Source: Christensenellaceae bacterium
GTDB taxonomy: Bacteria; Bacillota; Clostridia; Christensenellales; UBA1431
DNA length: 64,000 nt
Reading direction: 5' to 3'
Assembly: GCA_963675355.2 (NCBI GenBank)
Contig: CAXXMZ010000024.1
Span: forward strand, 23,307 to 87,306
Shown here piece after piece: positions 56,563-64,000 of this stretch; the stretch's first letter is position 1, and each line of letters opens with the position of its first letter. Below the pieces are notes generated by a model. That model was not told the origin of the DNA, ran no database searches, and was given only the letters and a program-made list of their open reading frames with translations. The position numbers were made by a program, and so were the translations under genes.

Positions 56563-58257
56563 CTATTTCAATTTAAATTCCGAAATCGGTGTTCCCGGTG
56601 CTACCATCGGTATTACCTTTTCGTCAATAAATAAACGACAATCTAACACAGCTGGTTTCTTTGAACCGATAACTTTATCTAAAGTTGATTCAAAATCGCT
56701 CATAGACTCGATACAATAGCCATCTATGCCATAAGCCTCAGCCAATTTAACAAAATCTGGTGCGCGATCCAAAGTCGTTTGGTAATAACGTTCTTCATAG
56801 AACAATGTTTGCCACTGTCGAACCATTCCAAGCGTACCATTATTCATTAATACTATTATAACCGGTAAGTCAAATTTGCTTACGGTAGCTAATTCGTTAC
56901 AGTTCATTCGGAAACATCCATCACCAGTAACTAGTACGGTTGTGCTATCAGGTAACCCTGCTTGAGCTCCCATAGCTGCGCCTAGGCCAAAGCCCATCGT
57001 TCCCATACCACCACTTGTTACAAGTTTTTTCGGAGTTTCAAAGGGTAGGTGTAAAGCAACCCACATTTGGTGCTGTCCAACATCTGTAACAACAGTCGCG
57101 TTTTCGCCTATTTTTTCGCCTAGCATGCGCATCATCTCGGGTGGAGATAGTTCATCACAGCTAGAATGCTGATATGATGTATCTTTCTTTAATTGTTTTG
57201 CATATGATGTCCAGCTAGTGCGATTTACATCATTTATCTCTGGCGTTAACGCGGATAAAGCAAGCTTTGCGTCACCAATCAGTTTTTGGTTGGTAAATAC
57301 GTTTTTGTTGATTTCGGCTTTATCTATGTCAATATGCAACACTTTTGCGTTTGGCAAGAAATCTTTTAAGCTACCGAAAATACGGTCATTGAATCTAGTG
57401 CCAACGGCGATAAGCAAGTCACATTCAGCGCTAAGAGTGTTAGTTACTACGTTACCATGCATTCCGATGTTCCCAACGAAAAGCGGGTGAGAAGCAGCAA
57501 GTCCACCAAGTCCCATCAACGAACTAGCAACGGGAGCCTGAATTTTTTCTGCAAAATCAACAAGTTCTTGTGATGCATTAGATATAATAACTCCACCACC
57601 TGCTAATATCATAGGCTTTTTTGAGTTATTAATCATCGCAGCAGCAGATGCTAAGTCTTTTGCGTTTTCCGACTTATAGTCATCCAAGGTATTATCTTTA
57701 TTATCGTCTGCTTTTGATGCCGTCTTTGGAATCAAATCAATCCACTCAGTGGAATTTAGCAAAACATCTTTAGGGATATCAATCAAAACAGGACCAGGAC
57801 GGCCTGATTGCGCAATCTCAAATGCTTGATACATTATCTGCTGTAAATCATTAACGTCTTTAACGAGAACGTTATGCTTTGTTATCGGCATTGTTATGCC
57901 GGTGATATCCACTTCTTGAAAAGCGTCCGTTCCCAATAATGCACTAGCAACGTTGGCTGTAATGAATACAACAGGACTTGAGTCCATGTATGCAGTTGCA
58001 ATTCCGGTAACGAGGTTAGTCGATCCTGGACCCGAAGTTGCGAGGCAGACTCCGACGCGGCCGGTAACTCTGGCATAGCCGTCTGCAGCATGAGACGCGC
58101 CTTGCTCGTGGCTGGGAAGTATGTGAGTAATTTTGTCTGAATTCTTGGAGAGCTCATCGTATAACGGAAGAATAGTTCCGCCTGGGTATCCAAACACCAG
58201 ATCAACACCATGATCAATAAGACTTTTTACAACGATTTGAGTTCCGGTCATTAACAT
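56563..58257 (-). CDS. ilvB: Acetolactate synthase large subunit
   Basis: ThDP enzyme (GYPGG.., GGMGTMGFGLGAAMGA, GDGCF). Start ATG 58257 sits 6 nt after AAAGGAGG. The ORF-track start at 58302 lies inside the T-box terminator. Confidence 0.9.
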   Translation of the reverse strand: MLMTGTQIVVKSLIDHGVDLVFGYPGGTILPLYDELSKNSDKITHILPSHEQGASHAADGYARVTGRVGVCLATSGPGSTNLVTGIATAYMDSSPVVFITANVASALLGTDAFQEVDITGITMPITKHNVLVKDVNDLQQIMYQAFEIAQSGRPGPVLIDIPKDVLLNSTEWIDLIPKTASKADDNKDNTLDDYKSENAKDLASAAAMINNSKKPMILAGGGVIISNASQELVDFAEKIQAPVASSLMGLGGLAASHPLFVGNIGMHGNVVTNTLSAECDLLIAVGTRFNDRIFGSLKDFLPNAKVLHIDIDKAEINKNVFTNQKLIGDAKLALSALTPEINDVNRTSWTSYAKQLKKDTSYQHSSCDELSPPEMMRMLGEKIGENATVVTDVGQHQMWVALHLPFETPKKLVTSGGMGTMGFGLGAAMGAQAGLPDSTTVLVTGDGCFRMNCNELATVSKFDLPVIIVLMNNGTLGMVRQWQTLFYEERYYQTTLDRAPDFVKLAEAYGIDGYCIESMSDFESTLDKVIGSKKPAVLDCRLFIDEKVIPMVAPGTPISEFKLK

Positions 58258-58267
58258 AGTTTTTCCT

Positions 58268-58560
58268 CCTTTAGAAAATAAAAAAACCCCGTCTCTAATC
58301 AATTTGAGACGAAGGCTAAATTCGCGGTACCACTCAATTTCATGCGCCTAGCGCATACACTCATAAAACACAGGGAACGAATCCCGATGTATCGCCGAAA
58401 TAACGGACGGCTAATCCGACAAGGCCTACTCGTTAAACTTTTGACCTGTTGCTCATAGAGGATGGCGCATGTGCAATATCTCACGGAAAATTCCCACCAA
58501 CATTTCCTCTCTGAGCTTAAATACTGCGCGCGGTCTAATCAACGCATTGACATATTAACT
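58268..58560 (-). promoter_or_regulatory. T-box riboswitch leader of the ilv-cimA-leuCD operon
   Basis: Reverse complement shows Stem I AGAGAG (58507-58512), distal loop UUGGUGGGAA (58491-58500), T-box sequence AAAUUGAGUGGUACCGCGAA (58321-58340), and a terminator that can alternate with UUGAG/CUCAA pairing. Confidence 0.8.
58279..58314 (-). terminator. T-box attenuator terminator
   Basis: On the minus strand: CGTCTC-N10-GAGACG(GGG) followed by a U7 run, 15-20 nt upstream of the ilvB RBS. Confidence 0.75.
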
Positions 58561-58568
58561 TATTAAGG

Positions 58569-58597
58569 ATTTTAACATAGCATTTTTTACGTGTCAA
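58569..58597 (-). promoter_or_regulatory. Sigma-A promoter of the T-box/ilv operon
   Basis: On the minus strand: TTGACA-N17-TAAAAT. Confidence 0.7.
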
Positions 58598-58759
58598 TAT
58601 AAAACCCATAATAATTATTTTATATTTTTGTCGTTAATATTTTTGCTATATCTACTATTATTAATGTAGACTTGATTTTGTGCATGAAAAGAAGTTAAAA
58701 TAAATAGAATACGTTTGTATAAGCAATAAAAATCAATGAAGTTAGAATGGGAGATAACC

Positions 58760-59983
58760 ATGACCAGTGTTTTCGATACTCTGACCCAGAGAGGGTTTAT
58801 TCAGCAGACCTCACATGAGGACGAGCTTAAAGAGCTATTAGGTAAAGAAAGCGTAACCTTTTATATAGGATTCGATCCAACAGCGGATAGTTTGCATATT
58901 GGACATTATGTAGTTTTAATGGCGATGGCACACATGCAAAGAGCAGGCCATAAGCCGATTGCGTTAATCGGTGGCGGCACTACCATGGTAGGTGACCCTT
59001 CGGGCAGAACTGATATGCGTCAGATGCTTACAAAAGAAGAAATTCAAAAGAATGCAGAGCGATTCAAGGATCAGATTTCATCGTTAATTGATTTTAGTGA
59101 TGATAAGGCGATAATGGTAAACAACGCCGACTGGCTGCTTGATTTAAATTATATAGATTTTTTAAGAGACATTGGATCACAGTTTTCGGTAAACCGAATG
59201 CTAACTGCTGAGTGCTTTAAATCGAGAATGGAACGTGGATTGACGTTTATTGAGTTTAACTATATGTTGATGCAAAGCTATGACTTCTTGGTGCTTAATC
59301 GAGAGTATGGCGCTGTATTGCAAATGGGCGGCGACGATCAGTGGGCAAACATTTTAGCTGGCGCAGATTTGATTAGAAGAAAAGAACATCGCAGTGCGTT
59401 TGCGCTTACTTGTTCATTGCTTACAACTAGCGAAGGAATCAAGATGGGTAAGACTCAAAAAGGTGCTTTATGGTTAGATGCAAATAAGACTAGCCCATAT
59501 GAGTTTTATCAATACTGGCGTAATGTTAATGATGCTGATGTAAAGAGATGCATGATGCTACTTACATTCCTGCCGGTTGAACAGATTGAAGAGATGTGTA
59601 GCCACAATGATCATAGGATAAATGACGCAAAACGCTTGATGGCGTTTGAGCTGACAAAACAGGTTCATGGCGAGGAAGAAGCGTTAAAGGCACAGCAGGC
59701 AGCCGAATCGTTGTTTGGCGGCGCTAAAGATGCTGATAGCATTCCTTCAACTGAAATAAATATGGAGCAATATCAACAAAACCAGCGTATTATTGATATT
59801 ATGGCACTTTGTGCGCTTACTAAGTCTAAAGGTGAAGCTAGGCGATTGGTCACCCAAGGTGGGGTTAGCATAGATGAAGAGAAAATCACTGATCCTGAGA
59901 TGGTAGTGCAAGAAGATTCGTTAAAAAAGGGTATTTTGATTAAAAAAGGCAAGAAGACTTTTCATCGCGTTGTGCTAAAATGA
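58760..59983 (+). CDS. tyrS: Tyrosyl-tRNA synthetase
   Basis: HIGH (LHIGHY), KMSKS variant (KMGKT), C-terminal S4-like domain. ATG 58760 follows GGGAG. Confidence 0.95.
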   Translation: MTSVFDTLTQRGFIQQTSHEDELKELLGKESVTFYIGFDPTADSLHIGHYVVLMAMAHMQRAGHKPIALIGGGTTMVGDPSGRTDMRQMLTKEEIQKNAERFKDQISSLIDFSDDKAIMVNNADWLLDLNYIDFLRDIGSQFSVNRMLTAECFKSRMERGLTFIEFNYMLMQSYDFLVLNREYGAVLQMGGDDQWANILAGADLIRRKEHRSAFALTCSLLTTSEGIKMGKTQKGALWLDANKTSPYEFYQYWRNVNDADVKRCMMLLTFLPVEQIEEMCSHNDHRINDAKRLMAFELTKQVHGEEEALKAQQAAESLFGGAKDADSIPSTEINMEQYQQNQRIIDIMALCALTKSKGEARRLVTQGGVSIDEEKITDPEMVVQEDSLKKGILIKKGKKTFHRVVLK

Positions 59984-60627
59984 TTTCGGCGTATAATACA
60001 GTCAAAAGCGCGGGTGAAGCGTTACATATTGTGCAAAAGTCTAAGTTTATTGCAGTTTGCAAACAAGTGTTTAGCGAACAAGAAGCTGCACAAGTTATCG
60101 ATGCTCAACGTAAAAAGTATTATGATGCACGCCACCACTGTTACGCATGGATAACGGATAGTGCTAGGAGGTCAAGTGATGACGGCGAGCCTTCGGGAAC
60201 AGCAGGTGCTCCAATATTAGATGTATTGTCTAAAAATGACATGCAAAACGCTATTATAGTTGTAACTAGATATTTCGGAGGAGTTTTACTAGGCACAGGA
60301 GGGCTAGTTAGAGCATACTCACAGGCAGCAGTGCAAGCACTAAACGATGCTGAGATAGTAAGGATGCAAGATACTGCTTTATATAGGCTTAAGCTTGATT
60401 ATTCGCAATTCAGCCGTATAACAGTGCTTTTAAAAGACGATGGAATAATCGTGATGAGCAAAGAATTTTTTGCTCATGTAGAAGTGTGTGTGGGAGTGCT
60501 TTTGCAAGATGAAGAGGATTTTTGTAATAAATTAATTGATCAAACAGAAGGAAAATGTGAGTTTGAGCGCATAGGTCAAGAGTTTATAGCGTGGCCAACC
60601 CATAAAAAAGATCAAAAAGACGGATAG
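59980..60627 (+). CDS. yigZ: YigZ/IMPACT-family protein (UPF0029)
   Basis: KSKFIA.., ARHHCYAW.., [37 protein letters not shown] overlap with the tyrS stop. Confidence 0.8.
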   Translation: MISAYNTVKSAGEALHIVQKSKFIAVCKQVFSEQEAAQVIDAQRKKYYDARHHCYAWITDSARRSSDDGEPSGTAGAPILDVLSKNDMQNAIIVVTRYFGGVLLGTGGLVRAYSQAAVQALNDAEIVRMQDTALYRLKLDYSQFSRITVLLKDDGIIVMSKEFFAHVEVCVGVLLQDEEDFCNKLIDQTEGKCEFERIGQEFIAWPTHKKDQKDG

Positions 60628-60677
60628 GATGCTTAGAACATAATTGTAAATTTTATAAATTCGAGGAGAGGTTAGTT

Positions 60678-61745
60678 ATGGCAGATTTAAAGGTTACGCT
60701 CACAGATTCACCTAAGGCAAAATGTGAGGACGAATCAAAGCTAGGGTTTGGCAAGTTGTTTACAGATCATATGTTTATTATGGAATATGATAACGGTCTG
60801 GGTTGGCATGATGCCAGGATAGAGCCTTATCATGATTTTGTGCTGGATCCCGCTTCATTGGTGTTTCATTATGCGCAGACCATGTTTGAAGGATTAAAAG
60901 CGTATAAGACTGAAAATGGAGATATCCATTTGTTTAGACCGCATGAAAACTTTAAACGTATGAATACGTCTGCAGAAAGAATGTGCGCGCCTGAGATAGA
61001 TCCTGATTTAATGGTTGAATACTTAAAAGAGTTAATAAGGGTAGAAAGAGACTGGATTCCTTCGTCTCCAGGAACGTCATTATATATTCGTCCAACATTG
61101 ATGGCTACAGAGGCTGTTTTGGGAGTTAAAGCTTCGGATAAGTATCTGTTTTATATAATCCTATCTCCAGTTGGAGCGTACTATGCTCATGGGCTTGAAC
61201 CTGTTAGGATATATGTTGAGGATGAATATGTTCGTTCAGTACGGGGAGGGACAGGTTTTACAAAAGCGGGAGCAAACTATGCTATAAGTTTAAAGGCTGG
61301 AGAAAAGGCGTATCAAAAGGGATTTTCACAGGTGTTGTGGCTAGATGGTGTAGAGCGGAAAAACATCGAAGAAGTTGGCGCGATGAACATGTTTTTTATA
61401 ATTGATGGCGTATTGACAACTCCAAAGCTAACAGGAAGCATTCTTCCAGGAATCACTAGAGCATCTATCCTTGAAATGGCAGAAAGAGAAGGATTAGAAG
61501 TGTCAGAGCGTATCGTAAGTATAGATGAATTATTTAATGCTCATGAAGAAGGAAAATTGCAAGAAGTGTTTGGAACAGGCACAGCAGCCGTGGTTTCGCC
61601 TGTTGGAGAAATGGTTTGGAAGAATAAGTCCATTAAAATAAATGAGGGTAAGATGGGCAAATACACCCAACTGTTTTATGATAAACTAACTGGTCTTCAA
61701 CTAGGAAAAATCGAAGATGAGTACGGATGGATTGTTAAAATTTAG
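60678..61745 (+). CDS. ilvE: Branched-chain amino acid aminotransferase
   Basis: 355 aa, class IV PLP fold (FEGLKAY, GTGFTKAGANY, EVFGTGTAAVVSPV). Confidence 0.9.
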   Translation: MADLKVTLTDSPKAKCEDESKLGFGKLFTDHMFIMEYDNGLGWHDARIEPYHDFVLDPASLVFHYAQTMFEGLKAYKTENGDIHLFRPHENFKRMNTSAERMCAPEIDPDLMVEYLKELIRVERDWIPSSPGTSLYIRPTLMATEAVLGVKASDKYLFYIILSPVGAYYAHGLEPVRIYVEDEYVRSVRGGTGFTKAGANYAISLKAGEKAYQKGFSQVLWLDGVERKNIEEVGAMNMFFIIDGVLTTPKLTGSILPGITRASILEMAEREGLEVSERIVSIDELFNAHEEGKLQEVFGTGTAAVVSPVGEMVWKNKSIKINEGKMGKYTQLFYDKLTGLQLGKIEDEYGWIVKI

Positions 61746-61762
61746 GTAAAATTATTGTTTGT

Positions 61763-61790
61763 AAAAGGCGTTTATAATGGCGCCTTTTCT
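61763..61790 (+). terminator. Rho-independent terminator after ilvE
   Basis: AAAGGCG-N10-CGCCTTT followed by a T-rich tail. Confidence 0.65.
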
Positions 61791-61978
61791 ATTTATATAT
61801 TGTTTGGTAGATTGACATACTTTAAGCTGTAAGCTACAATTATGGTTGCATAGATTTAGCTTTGCGTGAATAATAAATATTAGGCAAGTTAAGTTATATT
61901 AATAAATATTGTTCAATGTGTAAAAAGGACAACCTGATATATTATTTATATAGCAATTATGCTATGTGGGAGGAAGTT

Positions 61979-63658
61979 ATGACTAAAAAACGGATTGTAT
62001 CGTTTATTACGGCCTTTGTTATGACGTTAACGGTATGTTTTTCGATTGTGAGTTCCAGTTTAGCGGCTGGCGTAACAATTACTACAGTAGCATCGCCAAA
62101 CGAGCTGACAGGAGCCGGAAACGTGGATATTACCGTACAGATTGAGAACGATTATGGTACGGATATGGTTGTTAATTCGGTTAAAATTGGATCAACAACG
62201 GACTCGATTTCGTTGACAATTCCATCAGGACTTGCAAAAGATTATACGAAATACAATTATCCTATAAGTTCATCTCAACTAGGTAATCCATTAACAATCA
62301 AGGTGAATTATTCAGCTGATGGGGCTAATCACACAGGTACGGATACAATTACCATTGCTAAAAAAGTAGTTCAGCCTGAAGTATCGTTAGAAAGAGTGTG
62401 TAATGTCTCATCGCAGGTCGTAGGTGATACCGTTGAGTTTACTTATACTGTTAAAAATGAGGGCACCGAAAAAATCGAAAATGTCGTCCTTCATGATTCT
62501 TATCAAGAATCGGCGTTAAACAGTTCATTTTCACTTAATTCAGGGCAGAGTAAAAACATTAAAGTTACTCATGTAATGGAAAGCACAATTGCTTCAAGAC
62601 CAAGCGTATCATTTACATCAGGTGGACAAAATTTTATAGATACAATTGACACATTATACGTGTCTGCTCAAGACGAGCCTCTTTTGGTCGATTTAAGTGC
62701 TTCTGCCACATCTGGCAATGTGGATGATGAAATTACACTAAGCTGTAAAGTTACAAATCAGAGTGGACAAAAGATAAGCAATATTAGCGTAAAAGATGAA
62801 AATGGGGATAGTTTTGGTAGTACGTTTAGTTTGAATGCAGGAGATAGTAAAACGGTTACCAAAACGATTAAACTGACTAAAAACAGAGATATTAAAACAA
62901 CGGTCACAGGTGTTACTAAACAGGGTAACAGTGTTAATACAGATAGCGAAGTAGTTTCTCTTGAAGTATCTAAAGAGGGGGATGCTACTACCGGGTTGGG
63001 TCTCAGCATAAAGGCTGATAGGACACAGCTTGAAGAAGGCGGCGGTGAAGTTGAGTTTGAAATTACAGTATCTAATACTCGTAGTGTTCAGCTTAATAAC
63101 GTCGTTATCAGTGAAGAAAATTTGGGCGAAATTACTACTATTGCTGCCTTGTCGACGGGAGATAAATTGGTTTTAAAAACTTTTGAGTTGACCGAAAATC
63201 AGACGTTTGTTTTTTCTGCTACGGCGACAGATGATGATGGTAATACATATAACATAGCGGCTGAGCCTGTTGAAATATTGGTTGGACCACAGGCTTCACC
63301 TACTGCTACAGCTGGAGCTGATCAACAAGGAGGATCCGTTGGTGGCCTATTATTAGTTGTAATAATTATAGTTGTAGTTGCAATTGTAGTTGGTATCGTG
63401 TTACTGGTGCTTGTTCAAAAGGAAAAAAAGGAAAAGAAGTTAGCACAAGAAGCAGGGGAAATGGAGCAAGCAGATCAGATGGATGAGACAGAGGTTTCCG
63501 ATCAAGGCGAGACAGTCGATTCTGCTGATGAGTTTTATGACGACGGAGATTCTGTGGTTCCGCCTGAGATAGAGCAGGATGAGTTTGAAGATTTAGGCAA
63601 AATCGATAGCGTTGATGATATCGATAACGCTAACAATGATCCTAAACCAAAAGAATAA
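61979..63658 (+). CDS. Type-I membrane surface protein with Ig-like (CARDB/DUF11-like) repeats and an acidic cytoplasmic tail
   Basis: ATG 61979 follows GGGAGGAAG. It has a signal peptide, four or five ~100-aa beta-rich modules (..VEFTYTVKNEGTEKIENVVLHD.., ..ITLSCKVTNQSGQKISNISVKD..), the TM helix LLLVVIIIVVVAIVVGIVLLVLV, and a ~100-aa Asp/Glu-rich tail. Confidence 0.65.
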   Translation: MTKKRIVSFITAFVMTLTVCFSIVSSSLAAGVTITTVASPNELTGAGNVDITVQIENDYGTDMVVNSVKIGSTTDSISLTIPSGLAKDYTKYNYPISSSQLGNPLTIKVNYSADGANHTGTDTITIAKKVVQPEVSLERVCNVSSQVVGDTVEFTYTVKNEGTEKIENVVLHDSYQESALNSSFSLNSGQSKNIKVTHVMESTIASRPSVSFTSGGQNFIDTIDTLYVSAQDEPLLVDLSASATSGNVDDEITLSCKVTNQSGQKISNISVKDENGDSFGSTFSLNAGDSKTVTKTIKLTKNRDIKTTVTGVTKQGNSVNTDSEVVSLEVSKEGDATTGLGLSIKADRTQLEEGGGEVEFEITVSNTRSVQLNNVVISEENLGEITTIAALSTGDKLVLKTFELTENQTFVFSATATDDDGNTYNIAAEPVEILVGPQASPTATAGADQQGGSVGGLLLVVIIIVVVAIVVGIVLLVLVQKEKKEKKLAQEAGEMEQADQMDETEVSDQGETVDSADEFYDDGDSVVPPEIEQDEFEDLGKIDSVDDIDNANNDPKPKE

Positions 63659-63706
63659 TAATAAAATAGGTGAGCAGTGGATTTCAATTTATATTGACGA
63701 AAAAGA

Positions 63707-63737
63707 GCTGTCTGCCACATGAGCGGGCAGCTTTTTT
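63707..63737 (+). terminator. Rho-independent terminator after the surface protein gene
   Basis: GCTGTCTGCC-N7-GGGCAGC followed by a T6 run. Confidence 0.7.
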
Positions 63738-63846
63738 GATTGGATACTAGCTAAAAATGTCGTATTTATCGCTTAAATAATTATTTTTCTTGAAACAAAC
63801 TATATAAACACGTATAATATTTTGGAGACTGGTTTATTTTTGACGT

Positions 63847-64000
63847 ATGAAAGAAAACAATTTTTGTGGATTTTTGCCCCAAACGGCTGAGTTTTTTATG
63901 GGGATTGCGTTCAACAATAATAAAGAATATTTTGAGATGCATAGGCATGAGTTTGAGCTTTATGTTAAGCAGCCGTTGCTTTTTATTGCAAAAGATATCC
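63847..64000 (+). CDS. DUF2461 (TIGR02453)-family protein, 5' fragment truncated by the window end
   Basis: Manual translation gives MKENNFCGFLPQTAEFFMGIAFNNNKEYFEMHRHEFELYVKQPLLFIAKDI, matching the F.GF..e...FL..L..NN.keWF pattern of that family. Open to the window end. Confidence 0.55.
   Translation, partial: MKENNFCGFLPQTAEFFMGIAFNNNKEYFEMHRHEFELYVKQPLLFIAKDI

Noticed and set aside
58598-58759. Expected T-box leader upstream of tyrS
   Set aside because: The region is AT-rich with only a plausible promoter (TTGATT-N18-TAAAAT). I found no AGAGA, GGUGNRA or UGGUACCGCG elements on the plus strand. The only T-box here belongs to the divergent ilv operon.

Overview
Chromosomal window from a low-GC Firmicute (Clostridia-like). 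No mobile elements, CRISPR arrays or recognisable defence or toxin systems were found. Layout: (1) 1-4.8 kb holds the conserved block rpsR, YybS-like membrane protein, gdpP (reading frame visibly broken), rplI and dnaB. (2) 4.8-7.6 kb holds a long non-coding gap, an orphan FGGY sugar kinase, a GNAT acetyltransferase and tRNA-Thr(GGU). (3) 7.9-45.1 kb is one nearly uninterrupted flagellar/motility superlocus of about 37 kb and 45 CDS. It runs: FliK-like protein, free-standing FlhB C-terminal domain, Cys/His hydrolase, fliD-fliS, two small ORFs, an SLT lytic transglycosylase, flgBC-fliE-fliOPQR-flhBA-flhFG, PilZ, fliA, rod genes, flgMN-flgKL-fliW-csrA. fliC is inverted and carries a sigma-28 promoter and CsrA-type leader. 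Then come fliFGHIJ, a YlxF-like protein, fliK-flgDE-flbD-motAB-fliLMN. No che genes are present. (4) 45.2-49.5 kb holds a HAD hydrolase, a Crp/Fnr regulator and a sortase-type (NPQTG) MucBP adhesin with six near-identical 198-bp tandem repeats. (5) 49.5-58.6 kb on the minus strand holds trxA and a T-box-controlled ilvB-ilvN-ilvC-ilvD-cimA-leuC-leuD operon lacking leuA, leuB and ilvA. (6) 58.7-64 kb holds tyrS-yigZ, ilvE, a second repeat-rich surface protein and the start of a DUF2461 gene. I see no clear brand-new system. The least explained parts are accessory genes in the flagellar locus: a second 'ruler plus FlhB-CC' pair, two peptidoglycan enzymes with FlgJ-like N-terminal motifs, and several orphan ORFs. 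The other open items are the split gdpP and the repeat adhesin. All family calls come from reading motifs by eye; no searches were run.
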